DNA from: Leptonemataceae bacterium
Lineage (GTDB): Bacteria > Spirochaetota > Leptospiria > Leptospirales > Leptonemataceae
Direction: 5' to 3'
Length of the DNA: 64,000 nucleotides
Assembly: GCA_965227295.1 (NCBI GenBank)
Contig: OZ245742.1
Span: 3,488,001-3,552,000 of the forward strand
Shown here in pieces: positions 1 through 9,359 of the stretch. The notes beneath the pieces were generated by a model. It was not told the origin of the DNA and searched no databases. It saw only the letters and a program-made list of their open reading frames with translations. Position numbers and translations under genes: made by a program. Every line of letters starts with the position of its first letter. The stretch's first letter is position 1.

Positions 1-124
1 GCGACGAACCCCGGCCGATGTCGAAACACAGCTTCAGCCGCGGCACATGCATGCACGTCTGCACTCCGCCCTCGCTAATGCCGAGGAAGTTGTAGGTCTT
101 GTGTTTGTACTCCGCTAACTTCAT
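1..124 (-). CDS. N-terminal fragment of a probable MBL-fold metallo-hydrolase (RNase Z-like), runs off the window
   Basis: Hand translation from ATG at 124: MKLAEYKHKTYNFLGISEGGVQTCMHVPRLKLCFDIGRGSS; the G-S-GG..T....P.L..FD.G pattern is typical of MBL-fold N-termini. Confidence 0.55.
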   Translation of the reverse strand, partial: MKLAEYKHKTYNFLGISEGGVQTCMHVPRLKLCFDIGRGSS

Positions 125-138
125 TGAAAGAACTTTTA

Positions 139-164
139 ACTCCGAGGACCGAGGAGACGAGGGA
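139..164 (+). repeat. Solo arm of the ACTCCGAGG-NCCGAGG stem repeat family
   Basis: actccgaggaccgaggagacgaggga matches the arms at 11404, 17104 and 18155; no partner arm found nearby. Confidence 0.7.
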
Positions 165-238
165 AGGTACTGAGAAAATTCCGATAAAAAACCTGCGAAG
201 GATTTCTGTCGTAGTGTGCAGGCGAGCGGCTGCCCCGG

Positions 239-1726
239 CTACTTCAGCAACGCTCCGAGGTCGTCCTCCGGCCCGACGACTACCACCGGCCGCACGGTTT
301 CCAGTTTTTCTTTTAACTGCTCCGGACCGGCAATTACGATGTACAGATTTTCCGGTGCGAGATAACGCTTTGCCACGCGCTGTACGTCTTTCTCACCCAG
401 CGCGCGGATCTTCGTCGGGAACGTCGCGAGATAATTCTCCGGCATGTCGTGGAGACGATTGCGCACCGCGGAGTAGGCGACTTCCTCCGGACTGTCGAAC
501 TGGAAGGCCAGGGAATTCAGGATGGCGTCTTTGGAAAGATCCAGTTCGCGGCGGCTTTCGAAAGAACGCATGCCGTCAATGACCTCGAGCATCAGCCCCA
601 GGGTCTGGTGCGCCAGGAAACTGCGCGTGCCGCTGCCCGCGAAGAACGCCCCCGATGACGCGTCGAAATCGTTGTAGGAGTACGCATAGTACGCGAGGCC
701 GCGCCGCACGCGAATCTCGCGCGTGAGGCGCGAATTGAAGGAGCCGCCGCCGAGTACGTAGTTGCCGGTTTGCAGCGCGTAGAAGTCCGGATGATCGTGG
801 GCGGGCAAGTAGCCGGCGATGGTGATCACCGATTGCGCCGCGGGCACGTTCACGAGCAGGATCTTACCGCGCAGGGCCTTCGCACGGTCGAGCAGGGCCG
901 CGTCGCCTCCGTCGGCCTCCCGGACCACGGGGACATCCGCCGCGGCGTTCGGGAAATTCTTAATAAGTTCGTTTAAACGATTGTTAAGGTCCAGGCCGCT
1001 GAAGTCGCCGGCGGCGGTGATGAACAGCCCGCCCGGCCGCAGGCGGCGGTCCAGTTCGTTGCGAATGCCTTCGATGCTGAGCCGTGCCACATCGTCCTTT
1101 TGCAGCGAGTAACCCCGGCGCAGGCCGTGAAAAAGCAGCTCCTGGGTTTTCCGCCGCGCGACGCCCGAGGGATCGTCGTTCCGCCGTTCGATGCCGGCGA
1201 TGAAGGCCTGGCGGGCCACGTTCAGTTCCGGTTCCGGCAGGCGCGGCCTGAGCAGGCTGTCCTCCAGGATTTTGTAAGCGGCGTCGAAGTCTTTCTTGAG
1301 AACCTTGAGCTGTACGGACCAATACTCGTAACCACTGCTGAACTGAAGTTTGGCCCCGAGACGGGACAGCTCCGCGGCCACGGAGCGACCGTCGGCATCC
1401 CCGGCGCCGCCGGTCTCAAGCAAATTCAGGGCCGCATCCAGCGTACCGGCGTTCTCGATGGACTCGGCGTTGCTTCCGCCGGTGAAATACAGCGTCAGCG
1501 TCAAAAACGGCAGCGAAGGATCACCGGCACGGATCAGGGTGGCACCGCCGTGCAGGGGAACGCTTTCCGTTTCCGGGGGGGCGAACTGGATCGGCGCGAG
1601 TTCCAGGTCTTCCAGGATACCGGCGGTTTTTCGAAACTCACCGTCACCGGGACGCGCGGGCAGAGCACCGGCCGCGAGAACAGCGGCGGCTAAGAGTACA
1701 GTAAGAATCAGTTTGCGTGCGATCAT
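239..1726 (-). CDS. M16 (pitrilysin-like) peptidase, non-catalytic subunit, exported
   Basis: Signal peptide; lacks HXXEH; has C-terminal GGGSFNSRL..EIRV.RGLAY motif; 4-bp overlap with the upstream M16 gene. Confidence 0.9.
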   Translation of the reverse strand: MIARKLILTVLLAAAVLAAGALPARPGDGEFRKTAGILEDLELAPIQFAPPETESVPLHGGATLIRAGDPSLPFLTLTLYFTGGSNAESIENAGTLDAALNLLETGGAGDADGRSVAAELSRLGAKLQFSSGYEYWSVQLKVLKKDFDAAYKILEDSLLRPRLPEPELNVARQAFIAGIERRNDDPSGVARRKTQELLFHGLRRGYSLQKDDVARLSIEGIRNELDRRLRPGGLFITAAGDFSGLDLNNRLNELIKNFPNAAADVPVVREADGGDAALLDRAKALRGKILLVNVPAAQSVITIAGYLPAHDHPDFYALQTGNYVLGGGSFNSRLTREIRVRRGLAYYAYSYNDFDASSGAFFAGSGTRSFLAHQTLGLMLEVIDGMRSFESRRELDLSKDAILNSLAFQFDSPEEVAYSAVRNRLHDMPENYLATFPTKIRALGEKDVQRVAKRYLAPENLYIVIAGPEQLKEKLETVRPVVVVGPEDDLGALLK

Positions 1727-3303
1727 TGTTTCTGCTCCGGCGGTTGCAGGGTGGCGGTCATGGTCCAGTCGGGTTTCAGGTGGCGCCGGACCGCGTCGCG
1801 TACGTCCTCGGGACGAATGTCGTCCAGGAGGGCGTTGTATTTGAAGAGGTTCTTGTAATCTCCGGTGACGCTCTCGTAGTAAGAGAGCACGTCGGCCAGA
1901 TACGAGTTGCTCCGTAGCGAGTAGATGAAGTCCGCCCGCATGCGGTTGCGGACCCGTTCCAGTTCTTCCCGGGTCACCCCGTTCTCGCGGACCTTCGCCA
2001 GTTCTTCCTGAACCACCGCTTCGATGCGAGCGGGATCGGCGTCAGGGACGGGCGTAACTTCAATAAAAAACAAGTTAGTGTAGCGCTGCCCGGGATAACC
2101 GGTAAAGGCGCCGACGCTCACCGCCAGTTGTTCCTGGGCGACCAGGCGCTGGTACAACCGGGATTCCTGGCCGGTGGAAAGCACCTCGGCGAGGGCGTCC
2201 AGGTACAGATCGTCCGGATCGGGGAGGGCCGGTTTGAACCAGGCCATGGCCACCGTGGGCGAACCTTCGAGTTTCAAATCCACGCGCACCCGGCGGCGTT
2301 CCAGCTTCGGTTCGCGCGGGCGACGAACGGGCCGCGGTTCCATCTCACCGAAGTACTTTCGCACGAGTCCTTCGGCCTCATCGAAGTCCAGGTCGCCGAC
2401 GAGAGTGATGACGGCGTTGTTCGGCGAGTAGTAGCGCTCGTAAAATTGCATGGCCTGTTCGTAGTTCAGGAACTGAATCGATTCCATGGGACCGATCACC
2501 GGCCGGCCGTAGGGATGCTCGTCGCCGTAAACCTTCGAAATGAACTGTTCGAACAATTGCCGGCGCGGTACGTTCTCCACGCGCATGCGACGTTCTTCGG
2601 TAACCACGTCGCGCTCGGTATAAAAGCTACGCAGCACCGAGTTCTGCATGCGATCGGATTCCAGGCGGGCCCAGACTTCGAGGCGATTTGCCGGGAGCTG
2701 GATTTGATAGTTCGTAAGATCGGCCGTGGTGTAGGCGTTGTAACCGCGCTGGCCGTGGATCGAGTAGAGATACGAATCTTCTTCTTCAATAACAAGCGGC
2801 CGCACCTGGCGTTGCACGATGCGCAGTTGTTTCTGCCACTTCGCAATCTCCGCGCGCGCTTCTTTGACGCGGGCTTCATTGCCCTCGGCGCGCGCTTCGC
2901 GTTCAATGCGCCGCCAGTGATCCATGCGCGCGGCGAAACTGCGCGCGGCTTCCAGGTACTTGCGTTCCCGTTCGAAGTCCACGGTGCCGACGCTCGGCGT
3001 ACCCTTGAACAACATGTGTTCCAGCATGTGCGCGATGCCCGAGCTCGCCTCGGTTTCGTCGGCGGAGCCGGCCTTGAACTTCATGTAACACGCCACCACC
3101 GGCGCGTAGTCCTGGCGCATGAGGATGAGGCGCAGCCCGTTCTTCAGCTCCACCCGGCGAATCCGTTCTTCCAGGCGACCGAAGACCTCGTTGAGGTTTT
3201 CGGAATCGCCGGCGGCGTGCGTGCCGGGCGACGGAGTCAGCGGCAAAAGCAGGATAAGGAGCGTGGTGAGTACGATGAAACGAAGCGCTGAGATTCGATG
3301 CAT
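1723..3303 (-). CDS. M16 zinc metallopeptidase, catalytic subunit, exported
   Basis: GIAHMLEHMLFKGT (HXXEH), NAYT, ERDVVTEERR, HPYGRPVIG; signal peptide. Confidence 0.95.
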   Translation of the reverse strand: MHRISALRFIVLTTLLILLLPLTPSPGTHAAGDSENLNEVFGRLEERIRRVELKNGLRLILMRQDYAPVVACYMKFKAGSADETEASSGIAHMLEHMLFKGTPSVGTVDFERERKYLEAARSFAARMDHWRRIEREARAEGNEARVKEARAEIAKWQKQLRIVQRQVRPLVIEEEDSYLYSIHGQRGYNAYTTADLTNYQIQLPANRLEVWARLESDRMQNSVLRSFYTERDVVTEERRMRVENVPRRQLFEQFISKVYGDEHPYGRPVIGPMESIQFLNYEQAMQFYERYYSPNNAVITLVGDLDFDEAEGLVRKYFGEMEPRPVRRPREPKLERRRVRVDLKLEGSPTVAMAWFKPALPDPDDLYLDALAEVLSTGQESRLYQRLVAQEQLAVSVGAFTGYPGQRYTNLFFIEVTPVPDADPARIEAVVQEELAKVRENGVTREELERVRNRMRADFIYSLRSNSYLADVLSYYESVTGDYKNLFKYNALLDDIRPEDVRDAVRRHLKPDWTMTATLQPPEQKQ

Positions 3304-3410
3304 ATTCCGGTAAGGAAAACCGCGATGGACAGGGCGACCAGAAAATTTTGTTGCCGTGCGGCTTCCGTTGAAAACTCTGTCCTTCGCGCCGCAGGGTGTG
3401 GTGTCCCGGT

Positions 3411-3487
3411 GGGCCAGTAGCTCAGCCGGTTAGAGCACTTCTCTGATAAGGAAGGGGTCCCAAGTTCGAGTCTTGGCTGGCCCACCA
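3411..3487 (+). tRNA. tRNA-Ile (GAT)
   Basis: Acceptor GGGCCAG/CTGGCCC, anticodon arm CTTCT-CTGATAA-GGAAG, T-loop GTTCGAG, encoded CCA. Confidence 0.97.
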
Positions 3488-3647
3488 GGACACCACACCC
3501 GCATCTTCCTTCCCGTTTTCCCCGAGTTTTTTCCAGCCCGTGCCGATTCCGCCGTTGTTCGGGAGTCATGGGACCGCCGGGGCATCGCGCGGAGGCGAAG
3601 TGCACAGGCCACTGAGTTGCTAGTCTAAACTGAAGCGAAGTTAATCT

Positions 3648-3763
3648 GGGCGTCTCCCGGCCTGCGGCCGGGACCGCGCTTTCCAGGGCTCCGGCTTCGC
3701 CTTCGGTCCCCGCTGCGCGGTGACTCGCGCTGCGCGCGACCCTTCCAATCGCTGACGCGAAGA
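3648..3763 (-). repeat. ~115-bp structured dispersed repeat (GNA-triloop element), copy 1
   Basis: Reverse complement aligns end to end with 36729-36836; four hairpins with C-GNA-G loops. Confidence 0.8.
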
Positions 3764-3775
3764 GTTTTGAAAATC

Positions 3776-6700
3776 TCACTCGTCCATGCGCAACGTCGCG
3801 TCGAGTTCGCTTTCTTCCCGCGTCCACATCACATGAATCGCCAGGCCGTGATTGTTTTCATCGCGACCCAGCTCGACCGCAGCCCCCGCCGATCTTGCAA
3901 GATCCTGAATCGCCTTCAGGCCTGCGCCGCGCGGCTCGGGCGAACCGCTCGTGCGCACCAGGCCCTCACCGTTGTCGATGATGCTCAGCCGCGTGCGTTC
4001 GCCGTCGGCCTCGTCCGTCAGAATGACACGCAGCTTCGTCGCCTGGCTGTGGCGAATCACGTTGTCCACCGCCTCCGCGGCGAGCCAGTAGAGATTCTGA
4101 AACGACGAACCCAAACGAGCGCTCAATTGTTTGAGCGCGTCGTCGTCGATGGTGGCCTGGAACTCCAGGTCAAGAGCGATGCGGGCGCGTTCGCCGAGTT
4201 TCGTGAGCCAGGCCTGCCAGTTTTCCGGCCGGCGCAAATCTCCGGCCGGCGCCGTTGCCGTCTCGCGATAGTCCCGGGCTTCGCGCGCCAGGTCCTCGGA
4301 CGTTTCGCCGCTCCCGCCGTCGTCCGTTTTGTGAATGATGCGATCCGACAATCGATGCAGGGCGTCGGCCGTGCGTAAGAAGCGGCGTTCCTGATAGTGC
4401 GTGACGTCCTTGAAGTGACGGATGCGCGCGCGGTGCAAACGGAGCTCGGCCGTGTTGCGCTCGAACTGCAGAGCCACCGCGATCAACGGCGATACATGAT
4501 TCAAGATGCGCACGCGTTTGTCGTCTTCGAAGGCTCTCGCATCCCGCGCCCCGAGAATCAGCAGGCCGATGCCCCTCTGGGATTCCATGAGCGGCAAAAT
4601 CAAAAAATGCTCCATGCCTCCCGCCGCCACGACTGCGTCGCCGGAGCGGCCGGCGTTTACGGCCGCGAAGATCGGATCGGGGAGGTCCGGGTCCGGCTGG
4701 CTGTCGTCCCCGGTGCTCAGGACCGGGCGCAGGGACGTCAATGCCTGGCCGAAGATGGTCGATTGCATGGGCACTCGCGCCCCGGCCGCGCCGGCCAGGG
4801 AGGTATCGTCGTGAAAACCGCCCTCGAAGATGAGGCTGTCGCCGTCTTCGCTCAGACGATAGACGACGACACGATCCAGGGGAATTTCCCCGGGCGTATG
4901 ATCTTTGAGATAGGCGAGCTTTTCGGTGAAGGCCGGTAAGTTTGAAACGGCGTTGGTTAAGTCCGCGAGCAATCGGCCTTCTTCCTGGGAGCCCTTCTCC
5001 CGGGCGACGGCGGCGCTCAGTTCTTCCTGGAGTTTCTTTTCTTTGGCGTACTCCTCGTTGAGGTCGGACTTCAACGAGCGGATGGTGTTCTGCAAATCGG
5101 CGATCGTGCGTTCCAGTTCGCGCTGCTTCTGGTTTTCTTCGCCCAGGCGATTGTTCAATCCGTGCACGTCTTCTTTGAGCGCGGCGATGGCCTGCTCCAG
5201 GCGACTCTCGCGTTCGCGGCGTTTGCCCACATCCTGGCGGAGCCGCGCAATCTCTTCGCGCGCCTCGCGCAGATTGTTCTGGAGTTCGCTGATCTCCCGG
5301 GTCTGGCCTTCGCTCTTCTGATTGAGGTCGCGGAGATTTCCCGTGCGCTCTTCGATCTGCGTGCGCAACGCGGCTTCCACGCGGCGTTGTTCCTCGGCTT
5401 CGTTTTCGAGGCGTGAACGTTCCTGACGCAGTTGGCCCAGATCACGTTGCAGGGCCTCAATGCGATTCTCATGCCCGGCGATGGTTTGATCGCGCTGCTG
5501 GATTTGCGCGTCGCGCTGCTGCACGGCTTCGTTGAGTTCGTTCTCCCGGCGTTCGGCCGCGCTCTTGATTTTCTCCAGTTCCGCGGCGTGTTCGCGTTGC
5601 AGGCTTTGCGTTTGTTCGTTCAGCCGTTCGATCTCGGCTTCCCGGCGTGCGGCAGTTTCTTTGAGTTCGCGGACGCTGCCGCGTTCGGTTTGTAGCGCGT
5701 TCGTGGTGCTTTCCAGCTCCGCACGCGCCTCGTTTCGTTCGCTCTCGATTCGTTGCAAGCGTTCGTTTAGTTCGGACGTGCTCTCTTTGTGCTGCTGTTC
5801 GCGGGTTGCGGCTTCCTGCTTGAGCGCCTCGATGCTGGCGTTGAGCTGCGCTTCGGTTTCGCGGGCCCCGGCGCGCTGGCGTTCCGTGGTCTCCGTGAGG
5901 GAGTTGACCTTTTGTTTTAGTTGATAGATGGTATCGTGGTAATCGGTCTCTTTTTGTTCGATGGTACGGCGGGCCTGCTCCAGGTTCGCCGCGAGTTCGG
6001 CGCTCTTCTTGCGTTCTTCTTCCAGGCCGCGTTCCATTTCGGCGCCCTGGCGTTCCAGGGCTTCGTTCTTCGTGGCGAGCTGCCGGCGCAGGGCTTCCAG
6101 TTGTTGCGTCTGGATGTTTGAATGATCGCGCAGTTCCTCGATGTTCTTGTCCCGGGCGGCGATCTCGTTTCGGGCCGTTTCCAGTTCCTGGTTCGCCCCG
6201 GACGTACGTTCCCGGGCCTTGCTTAGCTTGTCTTCAGCTTCGGTTAATCCCTTGCGCAGGTCGGCGATGTTCTGCTCGCGTTCCTGAATTTCTCGCGCGT
6301 ATTCGTTGTTCGCCTTGTTTGCGTCGGCGGTCGTTTGTTCGAGGGCCTGCTTCGTACGCTGCAGCTCTTCCCGGACGCTGCGCAGCGCGTCGTTGCTCTG
6401 CTCCGCGGCCGTCTTTTGCTCCGCTTCCAGTTTTTCCCGGGCCTGCTTCGCCGCGGCGAGATTCTTTTCCGACGCCGCCAGTTGGTCCTGTAACCGGCGG
6501 ACTTCGTCCCGTTGTTGATCCAGTTCGCCGCGACGTTTTTCCAGCTCTTCGTTCAGTAGCTCACGTTCGGCATCCACGTCGCCCATGGAAGTCCGCAGGC
6601 GTTCGGTTTCCGCGGCGTGTTCTTTGCGCAGATTTTCCCGGAGTTCGGTGAGACTGCGGTCCTTATCCGCGGCGGCTTCTTCGCGGCTGCGCTGGAGGTT

Positions 6701-8170
6701 CTGTTCCAGCACCTGGACTTTCGTTTCGAGGGATTTGCGTTGTTCTTCCAGGGCCCGGCGTTCGTCCTCACGTTCTTTGTCGGCCTGCTCGAGTTTTGCG
6801 GCGTACTCCCGGCTCACCTCACCGGCGCTCGCCTCACGGGCCTTCGCCAGGTGTTCTTCCTGTTCCTTGCGGAGGGCCGCGAGTCGTTCCTCGTGCTCTT
6901 TCTGTAACTGCGCCAGCTTTTGCTCGTGCTCGTCGCGTTCGTCCCGGCGTCCGGCGCGTTCTTCTTCCAGTGTGCTTTCCAGGCCGCGAATCTTTTGGTT
7001 GCGTTCTTCGGCGGAGCCGAGTTCTTCCCGGGCCGCGTCGAGTTCCTGGCGGAGTTGTTCCGAGCTTTTTTCCGCCCCTTCCAGTTTTTCGCGCAAACCG
7101 TCGCGTTCCGCCTCGAGTTCTTTGCGGATCGTGTACATGTCCCCGGTCTGTTCTTCGAGGACGGCGATGCGTGCTTCCCGCTCCTGTATCAACTGTTGCT
7201 GTTCTTCGGCGGCCCGGCGGTGTTCGGCGCGCAAATCCTCCAGGGCTTTGCTCCGTTCTTGCTCCGCCTCGGATTGCAGTCGCGCTTCCAGTTCGCCGCG
7301 TTCTTTCGTATGATCGGCCGCGGCTTCCGCCAGGCGCCGCTCCAGTTCTTTTTCCGCGGCGGCGCTGCTTTCTTCTAACTTCTTCTCGCCGGACTTTACG
7401 GCGGCGTCCGCTTCTTTGATGCGGGCGGCCGCCTGCTTGATTTCCCGGTCGCGCCAGTGAGCGGCCTGGCGCAGGGCCGGGGCCCGCAGCGCGGAAGCGA
7501 ATCCCCGGGCCACTTCCAGGTCCGAATCGATGTAGCGCGGGCGCGGATGGATCAGTGCCACGGCCAGGACGCCTGCCGGAGCGTCGGCGCCGGGAAGCGG
7601 AACGTAAAGCCAGGAGACTTCAGCGTTGCGAATGTCTTCTTCGAACTCTTCGGTAAAAAAAGCGGCGTCCTCTTCGTTGAGATCGGCGGTGGAAACCGGG
7701 CGGCCGTCGCGGATAAGGTAGGCCGGCAGCGGAGCACTTTCGTCCAGGATGCCGGGTCCGTCCGGGAGTTTCTGAAAAGAGTGCACCGGGCGGGTCGCGA
7801 TGTCTTCGTCGGCGTCGTAGAACAGCACGCCCTCGCTCACGTCACCGGAGGCGACGCCGCTCAGCCGCAACTCGTTCTTCGCGGTGGTCGCGGCGTAAAA
7901 GTTCAGCGCACTGAAGCCGGGAATATCGTACAGGGTTTGCGCGACCCGGGCAAAGACCTCGGCGTCCGCAAGCGACGGATCAAAACACGAGAGCAGTCGT
8001 TCGCGCAAATCCGAGGCGCGACCGGTGGCCGGCTTGCGCGCCGCGGCCTTTTTTTTCGCGGCCGGTTTGGCCGCGGTCTTTTTGGCGGCGACCTTCTTTT
8101 TGGCGGCCGGTTTTGCGGCCGTCTTTTTCGGCGCGGCCTTTTTTTTAGCGGCAGTCTTCTTTTTAGCCAT
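3776..8170 (-). CDS. Giant protein: Lys/Ala-rich N-tail, GAF-like domain, ~800-aa coiled coil, GAF domain, HATPase_c-like domain
   Basis: MAKKKTAAKKKAAPKK tail; long E/Q/R/L heptad region; LILPL....IGLLILG GAF motif; EAVDNVIRHS, IIDNGEG, GAGL boxes. Confidence 0.85.
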   Translation of the reverse strand: MAKKKTAAKKKAAPKKTAAKPAAKKKVAAKKTAAKPAAKKKAAARKPATGRASDLRERLLSCFDPSLADAEVFARVAQTLYDIPGFSALNFYAATTAKNELRLSGVASGDVSEGVLFYDADEDIATRPVHSFQKLPDGPGILDESAPLPAYLIRDGRPVSTADLNEEDAAFFTEEFEEDIRNAEVSWLYVPLPGADAPAGVLAVALIHPRPRYIDSDLEVARGFASALRAPALRQAAHWRDREIKQAAARIKEADAAVKSGEKKLEESSAAAEKELERRLAEAAADHTKERGELEARLQSEAEQERSKALEDLRAEHRRAAEEQQQLIQEREARIAVLEEQTGDMYTIRKELEAERDGLREKLEGAEKSSEQLRQELDAAREELGSAEERNQKIRGLESTLEEERAGRRDERDEHEQKLAQLQKEHEERLAALRKEQEEHLAKAREASAGEVSREYAAKLEQADKEREDERRALEEQRKSLETKVQVLEQNLQRSREEAAADKDRSLTELRENLRKEHAAETERLRTSMGDVDAERELLNEELEKRRGELDQQRDEVRRLQDQLAASEKNLAAAKQAREKLEAEQKTAAEQSNDALRSVREELQRTKQALEQTTADANKANNEYAREIQEREQNIADLRKGLTEAEDKLSKARERTSGANQELETARNEIAARDKNIEELRDHSNIQTQQLEALRRQLATKNEALERQGAEMERGLEEERKKSAELAANLEQARRTIEQKETDYHDTIYQLKQKVNSLTETTERQRAGARETEAQLNASIEALKQEAATREQQHKESTSELNERLQRIESERNEARAELESTTNALQTERGSVRELKETAARREAEIERLNEQTQSLQREHAAELEKIKSAAERRENELNEAVQQRDAQIQQRDQTIAGHENRIEALQRDLGQLRQERSRLENEAEEQRRVEAALRTQIEERTGNLRDLNQKSEGQTREISELQNNLREAREEIARLRQDVGKRRERESRLEQAIAALKEDVHGLNNRLGEENQKQRELERTIADLQNTIRSLKSDLNEEYAKEKKLQEELSAAVAREKGSQEEGRLLADLTNAVSNLPAFTEKLAYLKDHTPGEIPLDRVVVYRLSEDGDSLIFEGGFHDDTSLAGAAGARVPMQSTIFGQALTSLRPVLSTGDDSQPDPDLPDPIFAAVNAGRSGDAVVAAGGMEHFLILPLMESQRGIGLLILGARDARAFEDDKRVRILNHVSPLIAVALQFERNTAELRLHRARIRHFKDVTHYQERRFLRTADALHRLSDRIIHKTDDGGSGETSEDLAREARDYRETATAPAGDLRRPENWQAWLTKLGERARIALDLEFQATIDDDALKQLSARLGSSFQNLYWLAAEAVDNVIRHSQATKLRVILTDEADGERTRLSIIDNGEGLVRTSGSPEPRGAGLKAIQDLARSAGAAVELGRDENNHGLAIHVMWTREESELDATLRMDE

Positions 8171-8210
8171 ACGTAACGAGAACCTTTTGTTAACTTGCGA
8201 TGATGTCTAC

Positions 8211-9125
8211 TTAATGGACGTTCTTCCCGGCGTGGGCGCGGTACATCCGCCGCACCGAAAATCGAAAGATCCAGTCGAAAGCGGCTTCGGGCAGAATCCG
8301 CCGCAGGCCGTTCGCCAGGATGCTGTCCCAGCCGATGCGATAGCGCAATGCCGGCCGGCGTTGGTTCATGATGGCGGCGATGCGTTCGGCCGCCGTCTCC
8401 GCGGAAACGTAATAACCGCTGTACTCCCCACCAATCTCCCTGTTTAGAAACTCGTAGGGTGAGTCGCTTTTTCGGGCGCCTTCCGGAACCTGCGTGTTCT
8501 GTTTGAAGTTCGTACGCGTGAGGCCCGGCTCAATCAACACGACCTTAATATTGAACGGCAGCACCTCGTAGCGCAACGCTTCAGAGAACGCTTCCAGCGC
8601 CCACTTCGATCCGGAGTAAGCCGAGCCCGTAGGCAGTACCATACGACCGAGAATGGAACTGACGTTGAGGATCGTGCCGCTTCGCTGAGCGCGCATAGAG
8701 GGCAGGGCGGCGCGGCACAAACGCATGGCGCCGAAGAAATTCGTTTCGAACTGCTTGCGAAAATCATCCTCTTTCAGATCTTCGAAGGCTCCGTAGTAAC
8801 CGTAGCCGGCGTTGTTGACCAGGACGTCCAGGCGACCGTTGTTTTCGGCATGGATTTTTTGCACGGCGGCGGCAGCATCTTCCGGACGGTCCACGTCCAG
8901 TTCGATGATGTGCAGATTCGGCCGGTCCAGCAAAGCGGCGTAGTCCCGCTGCCCTCGTTCCAGATGGCGCACACCGGCGTAGACCTCGTTGCGGGGGGCG
9001 CCGGAGCGCTGTTCGTTGACCAGGACTTTGACCAGGGCCAGGCCGATTCCCGCGCCGGCCCCGGTGACAAGTACCGTGCGACGGGCGGATGCAGGACGGG
9101 ATGATTGTTCGCTGGAATCGTTCAA
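8211..9125 (-). CDS. Short-chain dehydrogenase/reductase (SDR)
   Basis: TGAGAGIG, NNAG, NVSS, YSGSK catalytic motif. Confidence 0.95.
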   Translation of the reverse strand: MNDSSEQSSRPASARRTVLVTGAGAGIGLALVKVLVNEQRSGAPRNEVYAGVRHLERGQRDYAALLDRPNLHIIELDVDRPEDAAAAVQKIHAENNGRLDVLVNNAGYGYYGAFEDLKEDDFRKQFETNFFGAMRLCRAALPSMRAQRSGTILNVSSILGRMVLPTGSAYSGSKWALEAFSEALRYEVLPFNIKVVLIEPGLTRTNFKQNTQVPEGARKSDSPYEFLNREIGGEYSGYYVSAETAAERIAAIMNQRRPALRYRIGWDSILANGLRRILPEAAFDWIFRFSVRRMYRAHAGKNVH

Positions 9126-9264
9126 GACGATAGACGAATTCCACGCAGGATCGGGCGAAGAAAGCCTTTTTCGTCTTCTTGTTGTGATTCCGACTTGCCT
9201 TTTCGGTGTCCGCGGCAGACGTGGTCATTACCATTGCGCCGGTCTACCGGTCGCCAGCGGATAT

Positions 9265-9337
9265 GGGGACTTAGCTCAGCTGGGAGAGCGCCTGCCTTGC
9301 ACGCAGGAGGTCACCGGTTCGATCCCGGTAGTCTCCA
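9265..9337 (+). tRNA. tRNA-Ala (TGC), CCA not encoded
   Basis: GGGGACT/AGTCTCC acceptor with G3:U70, anticodon loop CTTGCAC, GGTTCGATCC T arm; followed by CAA. Confidence 0.97.
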
Positions 9338-9359
9338 CAATTTCCTCGCTTTTTTCCGT

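Noticed and set aside
3411..9337. tRNA-anchored genomic island or prophage
   Set aside because: No integrase, no duplicated tRNA 3' end and no obvious compositional shift
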